A DNA stretch of 64,000 nt from Spirochaetota bacterium (lineage in GTDB: Bacteria; Spirochaetota; UBA4802; UBA5550), in NCBI GenBank assembly GCA_050298055.1, contig JBNKTL010000020.1:2028-66027 (forward strand), given 5' to 3'. A program made the position numbers and the translations under genes. Below, in pieces: positions 20,769 to 29,345 of the stretch (positions are counted from its first letter, which is position 1; each line of letters opens with the position of its first letter). The notes under the pieces are model-generated. The model saw only the letters and a program-made list of their open reading frames with translations. It was not told the DNA's origin and did not search any database.

Positions 20769-21014
20769 ATGGCGAAACAATCAAGCTCACTGCAGGACAT
20801 TTTTTTGAATACTGCCAGAAAGGAAAAGATAGATATCACTATCTATCTTATGAATGGGGTTCCGATCAAAGGAAGAGTACTCAGTTTCGATACTTTCACA
20901 ATTTTACTGGATGTTGATAAAAAGCAGAACCTTATATATAAACATGCAGTATCAACACTGGCGCCGACAAAGCCGATTTCATATAAGTTGGATGAGAACC
21001 ATAGTGAGGTTTAA
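20769..21014 (+). CDS. hfq: RNA chaperone Hfq
   Basis: It has the Sm motifs (LQDIFLNTARKEKIDITIYLMNGVPIKGRVLSFDTFTILL...YKHAVSTL). miaA-hfq linkage is conserved. Confidence 0.9.
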   Translation: MAKQSSSLQDIFLNTARKEKIDITIYLMNGVPIKGRVLSFDTFTILLDVDKKQNLIYKHAVSTLAPTKPISYKLDENHSEV

Positions 21015-21038
21015 TTTCTGATTTATAATAATTTTGTC

Positions 21039-21073
21039 TGCACCTACTGTTCAATAACAGTGGGTGCGGCTTT
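21039..21073 (+). terminator. Candidate intrinsic terminator after hfq
   Basis: A 12-bp stem with one mismatch (gcacctactgtt / aacagtgggtgc), a 4-nt loop and a short T tract. Confidence 0.45.
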
Positions 21074-21091
21074 TGTGAGATCCTGTTTATT

Positions 21092-21985
21092 ATGAAGAAG
21101 TTTTTTATATTTTTCCTGTTTCTGATAATCATCGCATTATCGGGCTACCTTTATCTTTTTGCGGTTAAAACACCGGGAGAATGTAGGGTAGGTGTTGTGG
21201 AAGATCTCCGAAACCGGAAAGTCGTAAAGGTGTTTGCCGGGGATAAGCGTTTTATCTGGCAGGGTGCCATGCCCTGGTGGTTTTCAACATATGATATCTC
21301 CCTGAAAAGGAATGTGGAATATAATATCACCGTGTATCCGCCTCCCCTGGAAAAGTTGAAGAAAAGCTCTTATGAGATCAGGCTGCTTTATAATGTCAGT
21401 TATAAAATTGATCCCGAGCGGTATATTGACACTGTCAATTCAGGCAGGAGTTCCGATGATATTGACAAAATAATCAGTTCATTTCTCAGGGAGATTTCTG
21501 CAAAAGTCGTCTTCAGATACTATGTTCCTCTCTACAGGGCAGATTTTCTTTCAAGGGAAAAAGACACAATCGTAAAGGAGGTCTCTGCCAGCCTGAAAGC
21601 AAAATATGAGAATCTTGTCGGTGAAATGACAGGCATGAGTCTTACCGGGGATATTGAGTATCCGGACAGGGCTGTATACAACGAGGGAAAAGCTTATATC
21701 AAAGAACTTAGAAAGCTGGACCGGGAAAACGAGAAGGAACTGAGAAGAGTAAAAAACAGGCTTGAGCAGGTAAGGGTAGAGGAAGAGGACCGGTATAAGA
21801 ACTACCGGGAAATGTCGAAGATAATTCAGGAAAATCCGGATATTTTAAAATATATTTATATTGACAAAATTGGGGGCAACGTAAAAGTAATCATTTCATC
21901 GGATTCGGGTTATCCCTTGAATCTTGAGAGTAAAACCGGTAAAAGCAGCCGGCAGACTAAAGGTGAGATTAACAATCTCAGGTAG
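21092..21985 (+). CDS. Hypothetical membrane-anchored protein, possibly a divergent SPFH/band-7 (HflC/K-like) protein
   Basis: It has an N-terminal transmembrane segment, a beta-rich region and a C-terminal coiled coil. Its position after hfq, where hflKC often sit, supports a weak assignment. Confidence 0.3.
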   Translation: MKKFFIFFLFLIIIALSGYLYLFAVKTPGECRVGVVEDLRNRKVVKVFAGDKRFIWQGAMPWWFSTYDISLKRNVEYNITVYPPPLEKLKKSSYEIRLLYNVSYKIDPERYIDTVNSGRSSDDIDKIISSFLREISAKVVFRYYVPLYRADFLSREKDTIVKEVSASLKAKYENLVGEMTGMSLTGDIEYPDRAVYNEGKAYIKELRKLDRENEKELRRVKNRLEQVRVEEEDRYKNYREMSKIIQENPDILKYIYIDKIGGNVKVIISSDSGYPLNLESKTGKSSRQTKGEINNLR

Positions 21986-22039
21986 TTTTTCTGATGCCGA
22001 CCTGCTGTATATGAACACTAGTAATAAGAGGAGAGATTT

Positions 22040-22135
22040 ATGCCTTGTGGTAAGAAAAAAAAGAGAAAAAAGATCGCTAATCATAAGAGAAAGAAAAGAA
22101 GAAGACAAAATCGGCATAAGAAGAAATTAACCTAA
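22040..22135 (+). CDS. Unannotated 31-aa extremely basic small protein (MPCGKKKKRKKIANHKRKKRRRQNRHKKKLT)
   Basis: An ATG at 22040 is preceded by AGGAGAG, and the ORF is below the track cutoff. It resembles a small basic protein family I recall from the Bacteroidetes/FCB lineage (MPSGKKRKRHKMATHKRKKRLRKNRHKKK-like). Confidence 0.55.
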   Translation: MPCGKKKKRKKIANHKRKKRRRQNRHKKKLT

Positions 22136-22180
22136 TACTATAACCTGAATGAGATTGGTTAATCGGACTGCCAATCTCAT

Positions 22181-22912
22181 TTGTTATGGAATTTCATGGC
22201 AACCATCGATTACAACAGCAGTTTGAGCTATCAGAATTCCTGGAAAAGACGTCCTTCTGAGATAAGAGGATACCACAGAACACTCTATTTAACCTCTGAT
22301 AACAACGATTACCTAAGGGTTGACTACAACCTGAAAGAGAAACTTGTGCGATTGTATATCGAAGTTGCCGATGAAGGGGGCAATTCATATTATTCTGTCA
22401 TTAGAAACGGGAAGATAACCGCGGAGAAGAGTGTTGTAAGCGGCAGGTCCTTCGGTTTTGCCGATAAATTCAGAGAGAGGGCGGAAATCTTCTCGACAAT
22501 TCCCAACAGGGAAGTTGTTAAGCTCATCAATAGCAATTATAATATTACAGGACCCGGGAAGAAAAAAACCCCGCCTTCTGAAAAAAAGAAGATGCTGGAA
22601 GATACCCGGAAAAAGTACTTCCGTCCATCTGACAAGACCGGGAAAAAATCCACCGGAAATATTGGCCTTTCCCTCAATGAACTGAAGTTTATTGATCTTA
22701 TAGATGTACTTATTGGCATGGTCATTTCTGCCGGAATATTCATTCTCCTGAAGTACGATTATATTGCGCTGGGTGTTGTTGCTTCATTTTACGGCATATC
22801 CATTGGACTTATTGACATGGCCTTCCGGGGAAGACCTCCAATAATATTAAAAATGGTCCTCTTTCTCTTTGCAGGTGTCTTCATTTATATCTACGGTTAT
22901 TTTTTCCCGTAG
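22181..22912 (+). CDS. Hypothetical protein with C-terminal transmembrane helices
   Basis: An ORF with an N-terminal soluble part, a K-rich linker and two or three C-terminal hydrophobic segments. Confidence 0.4.
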   Translation: MLWNFMATIDYNSSLSYQNSWKRRPSEIRGYHRTLYLTSDNNDYLRVDYNLKEKLVRLYIEVADEGGNSYYSVIRNGKITAEKSVVSGRSFGFADKFRERAEIFSTIPNREVVKLINSNYNITGPGKKKTPPSEKKKMLEDTRKKYFRPSDKTGKKSTGNIGLSLNELKFIDLIDVLIGMVISAGIFILLKYDYIALGVVASFYGISIGLIDMAFRGRPPIILKMVLFLFAGVFIYIYGYFFP

Positions 22913-23028
22913 GGGGAAATGTCTCACCTTTCTTTTCGCGGGAAATAAATCGTCCCGTCCTTTTTCCCTTTTTTTCAATTTTATACTTGATTAGTTTATT
23001 CACTGTTTTATATTATGTGATGTTTAAT

Positions 23029-23163
23029 GGTAACTCAGTTATGGAGAGAAATCATATTCATTGAAAAATAACTGGTATGTCCCCGCCGCCTTCGGCGGCG
23101 GGGACATATTACTTATGTTTTAGTAAATATATTTATTTTATCCATATAGCTGAGTAGTAATGT
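23029..23163 (+). repeat. Family-1 palindromic repeat element, copy A (14-bp GC stem ATGTCCCCGCCGCC/GGCGGCGGGGACAT at 23077-23107 plus downstream AGCTGAGTAGTAATG motif; degenerate left TIR GGTAACTCAG)
   Basis: A perfect 14-bp inverted repeat with a 3-nt loop. The conserved 3' motif lies about 40 nt downstream. The same architecture recurs 5 more times in the window. Confidence 0.7.
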
Positions 23164-23252
23164 TTAATTAATCAGCTACATGGCTATTCTTAAACATTGT
23201 CTAAAATGCATTAACCTGAAAAATATCTCCGGGATGAAAAGGGAACAACTCA

Positions 23253-23717
23253 ATGGCTAATAAAGTGGAAACCACAACAACAGCGCTGCAGATAGTCTGT
23301 TTTAAGATAGGAAAAGAAGAGTACGGAATTGATATATTAAAAGTGCAGGAGATATTGAAACTTCCAAAGGTGACAAAGCTTCCAAAATCTCAGGAATATA
23401 TTATCGGTGTTATCGACCTCAGGGGAAAAGTTATTCCCATAACAGACCTCAGTAAAAAATTCGGGACCGAATCGGGAAAGCTTGATGAAAGCAGCCGTGC
23501 AATTGTTGTTGATATTGAAGGAAAGAAGGTTGGACTGGCTATTGACTCGGTAAGTCATGTGATCAAGATCAAGCAGGAAGATATCGAACCTCCACCGCCA
23601 ATCGTTAAAGGTATATCCGGAAAGTATATTGTTGGCATAGCCAAGCTTGAGAACAGTTTTGTGGTGATCCTTGATATCAGCAAGATCTTCTCTTCACAGG
23701 AACTCAGGGCCCTTTAG
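23253..23717 (+). CDS. cheW: Chemotaxis coupling protein CheW
   Basis: A 154-aa CheW-like domain (EYGIDILKVQEI...VIGVIDLRGKVIPITDL...AIVVD...VGLAIDSV). Confidence 0.85.
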   Translation: MANKVETTTTALQIVCFKIGKEEYGIDILKVQEILKLPKVTKLPKSQEYIIGVIDLRGKVIPITDLSKKFGTESGKLDESSRAIVVDIEGKKVGLAIDSVSHVIKIKQEDIEPPPPIVKGISGKYIVGIAKLENSFVVILDISKIFSSQELRAL

Positions 23718-23718
23718 A

Positions 23719-24912
23719 TTAATATGATGCTATCAGGATAGATTCTATCTCACTGGCATTGAGCTGCCGGGGCGTGTTCTCGTTAAAGGGGTAGGATATG
23801 GCAAGCTTAGCAATATCCTTTAATGCAGTTTTCGGTAAATCATATTGTGAGAGTCTCTGCGGAATGTTTATATCGAGCTCAAGTTTTCTAATTGCTTCAA
23901 CTGCCTTGATAGCAGCTTCAATGACGGTTATATCCCTGACATCTTCTCCCATAACCTTTGACATCTGCACATATTTTCCCGGTGAAGATGTCAGGTTAAA
24001 TTCCATAATATGCGGGAGAATGACACTCATTGCGCTCTCAATATCCATATCGGTTACTGATGAAATGGCAAGAGATATTGAGAGTGTAACTGATAGATAG
24101 GCAATTGCAAAAGTGATTCCGGACATAACCGACGCAGTAGAGAGGTAAGTCCGGGGATTGGGATTTTGAAGATCCCTGTAAGAAAGGGGGAGGTTCCTGA
24201 AGATCAGGTCAATTGATTTGAGCGCATATGTATTTATGATGTCATTGTTCATGGTTGATATTACTGATTCCGTTGATATTGCCAGCGTACTCAGTGATGA
24301 CTTCATGGACAGATCTTCATCAATCTTTGTGGATATTACAGGGTCAACGATTGTTGCCACCGGGTAGAGGGATTCATGATAGTACGTTTTGTTTGTGGCA
24401 TGGTGTATCTCCTTCATGAAGAGAACCGGGGCAATTTCAAAACCGTATACCGGGTATGCAGGCATTGTAATCAGAGAGACCGGCGGATTATATAATTCGG
24501 GTTTTGTCAACAGGTCGTAACAGAAGATATAGTTGTTAATGAGCAGAGCAATCAGTTTCCCGGCATTTATTGAGTGGACTCCCCCCAGCCCGATTACCAG
24601 GTCACAGTTTGTTTTTTTTATGAATGAAACCGCAAGATCAATATCTTCCGTGTTGGGCATTGCAGGAAGCTGATCGTACACAATACACCCGATATCAGCT
24701 CCCTTGAGGAGACGGGTTATCGTATCAACACTATCATGGAAAAGGCCAAGGTCTTCCGATGTAATAACAATAATTACCCGTGAACCGTATTTAGATATAA
24801 TCTGATCAACCTCCTCCAGAATATTCTGCCGGATATAGATCTCTGTTGGAAGATGAAAGTCGGGTTTTATGCCCTCAATGGTTCTGTTCATAGTCCCCTG
24901 CGGTGCTGACAA
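23719..24912 (-). CDS. Iron-containing alcohol dehydrogenase-family protein, apparently degenerate (GGGS motif GGVHS; the HxxxH metal-ligand motif is replaced)
   Basis: Fe-ADH fold landmarks are present (VIIVTS, D.LPAMP, IGLGGVHSINAGK, LITMPAYP, LPHIMEFN). The canonical His ligands in the GxxHxxAHxxG region appear substituted (LSISLAISSVT). Confidence 0.5.
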   Translation of the reverse strand: MSAPQGTMNRTIEGIKPDFHLPTEIYIRQNILEEVDQIISKYGSRVIIVITSEDLGLFHDSVDTITRLLKGADIGCIVYDQLPAMPNTEDIDLAVSFIKKTNCDLVIGLGGVHSINAGKLIALLINNYIFCYDLLTKPELYNPPVSLITMPAYPVYGFEIAPVLFMKEIHHATNKTYYHESLYPVATIVDPVISTKIDEDLSMKSSLSTLAISTESVISTMNNDIINTYALKSIDLIFRNLPLSYRDLQNPNPRTYLSTASVMSGITFAIAYLSVTLSISLAISSVTDMDIESAMSVILPHIMEFNLTSSPGKYVQMSKVMGEDVRDITVIEAAIKAVEAIRKLELDINIPQRLSQYDLPKTALKDIAKLAISYPFNENTPRQLNASEIESILIASY

Positions 24913-24924
24913 GCCATAAAAAGA

Positions 24925-24962
24925 GCGGACATAAAATCACTATCTCCGCTCTCCATGAATCA
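24925..24962 (-). terminator. Candidate terminator downstream of flgM (minus strand)
   Basis: An 8-bp stem (agagcgga/tccgctct) with a 15-nt loop, followed on the minus strand by TTTTTA. Confidence 0.4.
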
Positions 24963-25001
24963 CTCAGCATCAAATAATTTAGTGAACTAATTCAATCTCA
25001 G

Positions 25002-25292
25002 TTACCTCAGAAGGAAATTAGCAATTCTATCAGCTACCAGTTCAAGTACTTTGGAATCATTAAAGTCATAGGAGCCGTTAGCAATTTTTTCCTTTATTTC
25101 TTTGACTTTTTCAGTCCTTACATCTGAAGCCTGGGTAATAAGCTGAGCATCTTTTGCAATTTCAGCAGCTTTTTTACCTTCAGAGGATATCTGTATGGAA
25201 TCATTCTTCTTGGTTTCTTTTGCACCAGGAGATGGTTTTGTCTTCTTTGGCTCAACAATGTTATTTACATTTCCTATCTTATTGATAACCAT
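25002..25292 (-). CDS. flgM: Anti-sigma-28 factor FlgM
   Basis: The C-terminal region (DVRTEKVKEIKEKIANGSYDFNDSKVLELVADRI) matches the conserved FlgM sigma-28-binding region. It is 96 aa. Confidence 0.8.
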   Translation of the reverse strand: MVINKIGNVNNIVEPKKTKPSPGAKETKKNDSIQISSEGKKAAEIAKDAQLITQASDVRTEKVKEIKEKIANGSYDFNDSKVLELVADRIANFLLR

Positions 25293-25322
25293 AATAATTT
25301 AACCCTTTTATTTTCTGTTTTA

Positions 25323-25350
25323 ATTATCGGTAAAAAACAGCAAATCTTTA
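25323..25350 (-). promoter_or_regulatory. Sigma-28 (FliA) promoter for flgM: TAAAG-N15-CCGATAAT on the minus strand
   Basis: The reverse complement of 25323-25350 reads TAAAGatttgctgttttttaCCGATAAT. This is an exact match to the class-III flagellar promoter consensus, about 30 nt upstream of the flgM ATG. Confidence 0.75.
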
Positions 25351-25416
25351 ATGAAAAGTTCTCTCTTTTTCACATATAGAAGTTACAAAAACGCACTTTA
25401 TTTTTCAAGTATTATT

Positions 25417-26100
25417 TTATCTCTCATGATTTAAAACGGCAATTGTAAACTCTCCCTTTTCCCTTATTTCATCGCTGTTTTCCCATAATTCTTCCGCTGT
25501 TCCCGTATAAAACTCCTCAAAAAGTTTGGTCATCTCTCTTCCGATTATCATTCTGTTTCCGGGAAATATTTCGGCGAGAATTTTCAGAAGTTTTTTAATC
25601 CTGTAGGGTGATTCATATATCACAAGAATACCCTTGAAACTTCTGAGTTCAAGGAGTTCCCGTTTCATTTTTCCCTCTTTTTTACTTAAAAATCCTGTAA
25701 AGATAAGCCTCTTTTCGGGAAAGCCTGCAACTGAAATGATTGATGTCAATGCCGAGGGACCCGGTATGGGGACAATGTGTATGTTCATTGATCGCGCCCT
25801 GCTCACAAGCCTGCTCCCCGGATCAGAAATCGAGGGTGTTCCCGAGTCGGTAAGATATGCCGCGTTTTTCCCTTCGCTTATCTGTCTGCAGATATTATCA
25901 ATTTTTCTATCACCGGTATGTGAGTGAAGGGAAGTCTTTGTTTTTTTTATGGAGAAATTGTTCAGGAGTTTACCGCTCTGTCTTGTGTCTTCACAGATGA
26001 TAATATCAGCCTCCTCTTTGAGAATTTTTACCGCCCTGAAACTGATATCGTCCATATTCCCTATGGGAGTTGCAACAATGTAGAGTTTTCCTTTATTCAT
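25417..26100 (-). CDS. rsmI: 16S rRNA (cytidine1402-2'-O)-methyltransferase RsmI
   Basis: The N-terminus has LYIVATPIGNMDDISFRAVKILKEEADIIICEDTR and a tetrapyrrole-methylase fold. Confidence 0.85.
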   Translation of the reverse strand: MNKGKLYIVATPIGNMDDISFRAVKILKEEADIIICEDTRQSGKLLNNFSIKKTKTSLHSHTGDRKIDNICRQISEGKNAAYLTDSGTPSISDPGSRLVSRARSMNIHIVPIPGPSALTSIISVAGFPEKRLIFTGFLSKKEGKMKRELLELRSFKGILVIYESPYRIKKLLKILAEIFPGNRMIIGREMTKLFEEFYTGTAEELWENSDEIREKGEFTIAVLNHER

Positions 26101-26139
26101 GGTGATAAATAGTAATTAACTGCTGATCAGTGTAAAGAA

Positions 26140-26203
26140 ATATTTTGTTCCGAAGGTCCCGAAGGCGGGGTCCCTAAGGGGGGGTCCCGTGACCCCGCCT
26201 TCG
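26140..26203. repeat. 64-nt perfect palindrome (23-bp arms) in the divergent rsmI/tgt intergenic region
   Basis: ccgaaggtcccgaaggcggggtc ...18 nt... gaccccgccttcgggaccttcgg. The loop itself contains cccTAAggggg. Confidence 0.7.
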
Positions 26204-26290
26204 GGACCTTCGGGATAAAACTCTTTTTATTCTTGTCATAATACCGGTCCTTCTGTCACTTGATACTTCTATTATAAAGGAAAAATCATT

Positions 26291-27403
26291 ATGTTTTTTA
26301 AAGTATTATCAACAAACAGCGGTTCCTCCGCGCGGAGGGGTGTACTTAATACAAAAAGGGGAAGGGTCAATACTCCCGCATTCATGCCTGTTGCCACAAG
26401 GGGAACAATAAGGGCAATGGGTTTCCGGGAGCTTGATGAGATAGGATTTGAAATGCTCCTTTCAAATACCTATCATATGTATATCAGGCCGGGGCTGGAT
26501 GTTCTCACAAAGGCAGGAGGACTGAACAATTTTATGAATTACCACAGGCCTCTCCTTACTGATTCCGGCGGTTTCCAGGTTTTCTCCCTGGCGGATCTGT
26601 GTAAAATTTTTGACCACGGCGTTGAGTTTCGGTCGCACCTTGACGGCTCAAAACATCTTTTCACTCCCGAGAAGGTCCTGGATATACAGAGAGTGATCGG
26701 TTCGGATATTATGATGGTTCTGGACCAATGTACCGAGTTTCCCCTTTCAGAGGAAAAAGCAAGGGAGGCTCTTGAGAGGACCGTAAACTGGGCGGAGGAC
26801 TCGGTTCATTACTGGAAAAAAAGCTTTGATACGGATGCACAGAAACTCTTTGCCATTGTCCAGGGAAGTGTCTATAAGGACCTCAGGAGAGAGTGTGCTG
26901 AAAGACTTGTTCATCTGGATTACCCCGGTTATGCTGTGGGGGGGTTGTCTGTGGGTGAACCGAAAGGTCTCTACCAGGAGATTACCGAACACACCCTGCA
27001 GTTTCTTCCCGAAGAGAGGCCGAGGTACATGATGGGAGTGGGTAGCCCCATGGAGATTCTCTTTGCCGTTAAACAGGGAGTGGACATGTTTGATTGTGTC
27101 ATGCCCACCAGGATTGCCAGAAACGGTACCCTTTTTACAAGCAGCGGCAGGATAAATATTAAGGGAGCCCAGTATGAGACGGACTTCACTCCCCTTGATG
27201 AGAACTGTGACTGTTTTGTCTGTAAAACATATACCCGGGCATACCTCAGGCACATATACAGGATGGGTGAGATCTCGGCTCTTCTTTATACAACCTATCA
27301 TAACCTTAACTTTATGAAAAAGTTCATGAACGAAATCCAGGAGAGTATTGAAAAGGGAGAATTTCTCAAGACATATGGAAAATGGGAGAATGTCTATGCT
27401 TAA
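26291..27403 (+). CDS. tgt: Queuine tRNA-ribosyltransferase
   Basis: The TGT fold is present, including the zinc site CxCxxC (CDCFVCKTYTRAYLRH) and LLTDSGGFQV. Confidence 0.9.
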   Translation: MFFKVLSTNSGSSARRGVLNTKRGRVNTPAFMPVATRGTIRAMGFRELDEIGFEMLLSNTYHMYIRPGLDVLTKAGGLNNFMNYHRPLLTDSGGFQVFSLADLCKIFDHGVEFRSHLDGSKHLFTPEKVLDIQRVIGSDIMMVLDQCTEFPLSEEKAREALERTVNWAEDSVHYWKKSFDTDAQKLFAIVQGSVYKDLRRECAERLVHLDYPGYAVGGLSVGEPKGLYQEITEHTLQFLPEERPRYMMGVGSPMEILFAVKQGVDMFDCVMPTRIARNGTLFTSSGRINIKGAQYETDFTPLDENCDCFVCKTYTRAYLRHIYRMGEISALLYTTYHNLNFMKKFMNEIQESIEKGEFLKTYGKWENVYA

Positions 27404-27625
27404 TACATTAAATTAAACTTAATTTTTCTCTGCATTTCCTGGTTCTTTATCCATCTTCATCCTGTAAATCCTGTCTAAAAATCTTTTCCCGGGATTCCGG
27501 AAAGAATTAAACATCTTTATATATTGAGTCATAATGGTTGTTAGTATAAAAATTCATTTTTTTGTCGGATGAAGCAACTAGTGAGAGGGATATTGCCTGA
27601 ATTGCACAAGGAGTAATAATTAATC

Positions 27626-27654
27626 TTGACATCAATTGTAAAAAGAAATAATAT
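27626..27654 (+). promoter_or_regulatory. Sigma-70-type promoter TTGACA-N17-TAATAT upstream of the STAS gene
   Basis: A consensus -35 at 27626-27631, a 17-nt spacer and TAATAT at 27649-27654, about 55 nt upstream of ATG 27711. Confidence 0.5.
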
Positions 27655-27710
27655 TGTCTTACCTATACTTTCAATTACATGTTACCCAATTTCAGGAGGA
27701 ACTTAAGGTA

Positions 27711-28046
27711 ATGGATATAAATACAAGATCAAAGGGTGATATTGTTATTCTTGATATATCAGGTGAAATTGACCTTTATAATGCGCCGGAAATCAAAGAC
27801 ATTATCAACAAACTGATTGATGAGAAGAAGTACAATGTAGTTATAAATCTTGAAGAAGTTTCCTATATTGATTCCTCCGGAATAGGAGCGCTTATATCGA
27901 GCCTTTCCAATTTAAAAAAATACCAGGGTGGTTTGAAGATCATTAATGTTTTTGCCTCTGTAAGAAAGGTATTTGAGCTGACGAAGCTAACATCCTTTTT
28001 TGAAATATTCGATTCGGAAGATGAAGCGATTAATTCTTTTGCATAG
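27711..28046 (+). CDS. STAS-domain anti-sigma-factor antagonist (SpoIIAA/RsbV-like)
   Basis: A 111-aa STAS fold. The phosphorylatable Ser lies in the DSSGIGALI motif. The internal ATG was chosen because it has an AGGAGGAA RBS. Confidence 0.75.
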   Translation: MDINTRSKGDIVILDISGEIDLYNAPEIKDIINKLIDEKKYNVVINLEEVSYIDSSGIGALISSLSNLKKYQGGLKIINVFASVRKVFELTKLTSFFEIFDSEDEAINSFA

Positions 28047-28107
28047 TTTTTTGAGCATCTCATTTTTTTTTCCAGGTTTTAATTATCAATTAATAAAGAG
28101 GACAATT

Positions 28108-29310
28108 ATGAGGTTTATTACGAAAAGCACTCTTATCTTAATTTCTACTGTAATTATGCTGGTCAGTTGTGGCGAACCCATCCCCATAAAGGAGATGGCA
28201 ATGGCAAGGAAAGAGATTGCCCGTGCAATGTCTGTTAAAGCTGATAAATACGCTCCCAAGCTGACGGAAGAAGCCACGAATAAGCTCATGGAATGCCATG
28301 ACTTAATAAAGAAAGATGAACTTGAAAAATGTAAAAAATCTGCTGAAGAATCTTCTCAGAAGGCGATAGCAGCATATAACAAGGCCATACCTCTCCTTGC
28401 CAAAGATACTATTGAAATAGCGGAAAAGAGCATTGAAGAGGCGGATAAGGCTTATGCGGAAAAGCTTGCCGCCAAAGAATTCCAGTCTTCAAAGGAGCTT
28501 CTTGCCAAAGCAAAGGAAGAAAACAATAACAAAAAGTACTATGAAGCATATGTTAAGGCACTTGAAGCGGATAAGACGGCAAAGAATGCCAGAAACCAGT
28601 CACTGGGGCAGAAGAATATTCTGAAAGAATCCATTGATGAGGTGAAGGTTGTTCTGAATAAGGCAAAGGGCTATGAGAAGAGTGATGCTGAATCGGCAAA
28701 GATAAGCCTTGCGGAGGAGAACCTCAGGATTGCCGAGGAGTCCTACAACAACCTCGAACTTAAAAAGGGATTTGCCGCCATAGAGGTGGCAAAAATCAAT
28801 GCCGATGAAGCGTATATCGGTTCTGCGGGAGCCACCGCAAAGGAATATGTTGCAAAGGCTGAAACAGGATATGGCAAGGCGGAAGGTTCCGCAGGAGCCT
28901 CAGTGGCGGTTGACGAACTGGCTGCTGCAAAGGAATCCCTTGATAATGCAAAGGCCATGCTTGCAGAATCAAAATTTAATGAATCCATAGAATTTGCCAA
29001 AGAGTCATCACGGCTTTCCGCGATTGTCGTGGAAACGAAAAAAACTGCTGCTACCGGGACAACAGGCCATAAAACCTCCGTCGGGAAGGGAAGCGCATCA
29101 GTGAAAGCACCCGGAGAGGATGAGAATTATTACTACTACAAGGTGAAGTACAGGGAATCCTTAAAAGATTGTCTCTGGAGAATTGCCGGAAAATATTATA
29201 AAAATCCCTGGCTCTGGAAGAAAATCTATGCTGAAAACAAGGACCTGATAAGAAATCCTCATTTGATCAAACCGGGATGGATTATCCGTGTGCCAAAATT
29301 GAAAAAATAA
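28108..29310 (+). CDS. Lipoprotein with an Ala/Lys/Glu-rich coiled-coil region and a C-terminal LysM domain
   Basis: It has a lipobox (LVSCG) after the signal peptide. The LysM motif (YKVKYRESLKDCLWRIAGKYY...PHLIKPGWIIRVP) is at the C-terminus. Confidence 0.6.
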   Translation: MRFITKSTLILISTVIMLVSCGEPIPIKEMAMARKEIARAMSVKADKYAPKLTEEATNKLMECHDLIKKDELEKCKKSAEESSQKAIAAYNKAIPLLAKDTIEIAEKSIEEADKAYAEKLAAKEFQSSKELLAKAKEENNNKKYYEAYVKALEADKTAKNARNQSLGQKNILKESIDEVKVVLNKAKGYEKSDAESAKISLAEENLRIAEESYNNLELKKGFAAIEVAKINADEAYIGSAGATAKEYVAKAETGYGKAEGSAGASVAVDELAAAKESLDNAKAMLAESKFNESIEFAKESSRLSAIVVETKKTAATGTTGHKTSVGKGSASVKAPGEDENYYYYKVKYRESLKDCLWRIAGKYYKNPWLWKKIYAENKDLIRNPHLIKPGWIIRVPKLKK

Positions 29311-29345
29311 GAGAGAAATATTGTCTCAGGAGTGAAGCGGGAAAC

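Noticed and set aside
23070-23110. Interpreting the family-1 GC hairpins simply as intrinsic terminators
   Set aside because: Several copies lie in divergent or upstream regions (before cheW, before the slyD-like gene). The hairpin is followed only weakly by T tracts. The conserved 3' motif and TIR structure argue for a repeat element. A secondary terminator function is still possible.
28000-28108. Upstream ATG starts for several genes (28000 for the LysM lipoprotein, 27654 for STAS, 35664 for the lipoprotein, 49624 for slyD-like, 50186 for cNMP-PP2C, 58012 for the hydrolase)
   Set aside because: The longer N-terminal extensions overlap the preceding gene or lack an RBS. Internal ATGs give canonical signal peptides, lipoboxes or domain starts with a good RBS. 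Shorter starts were therefore used.
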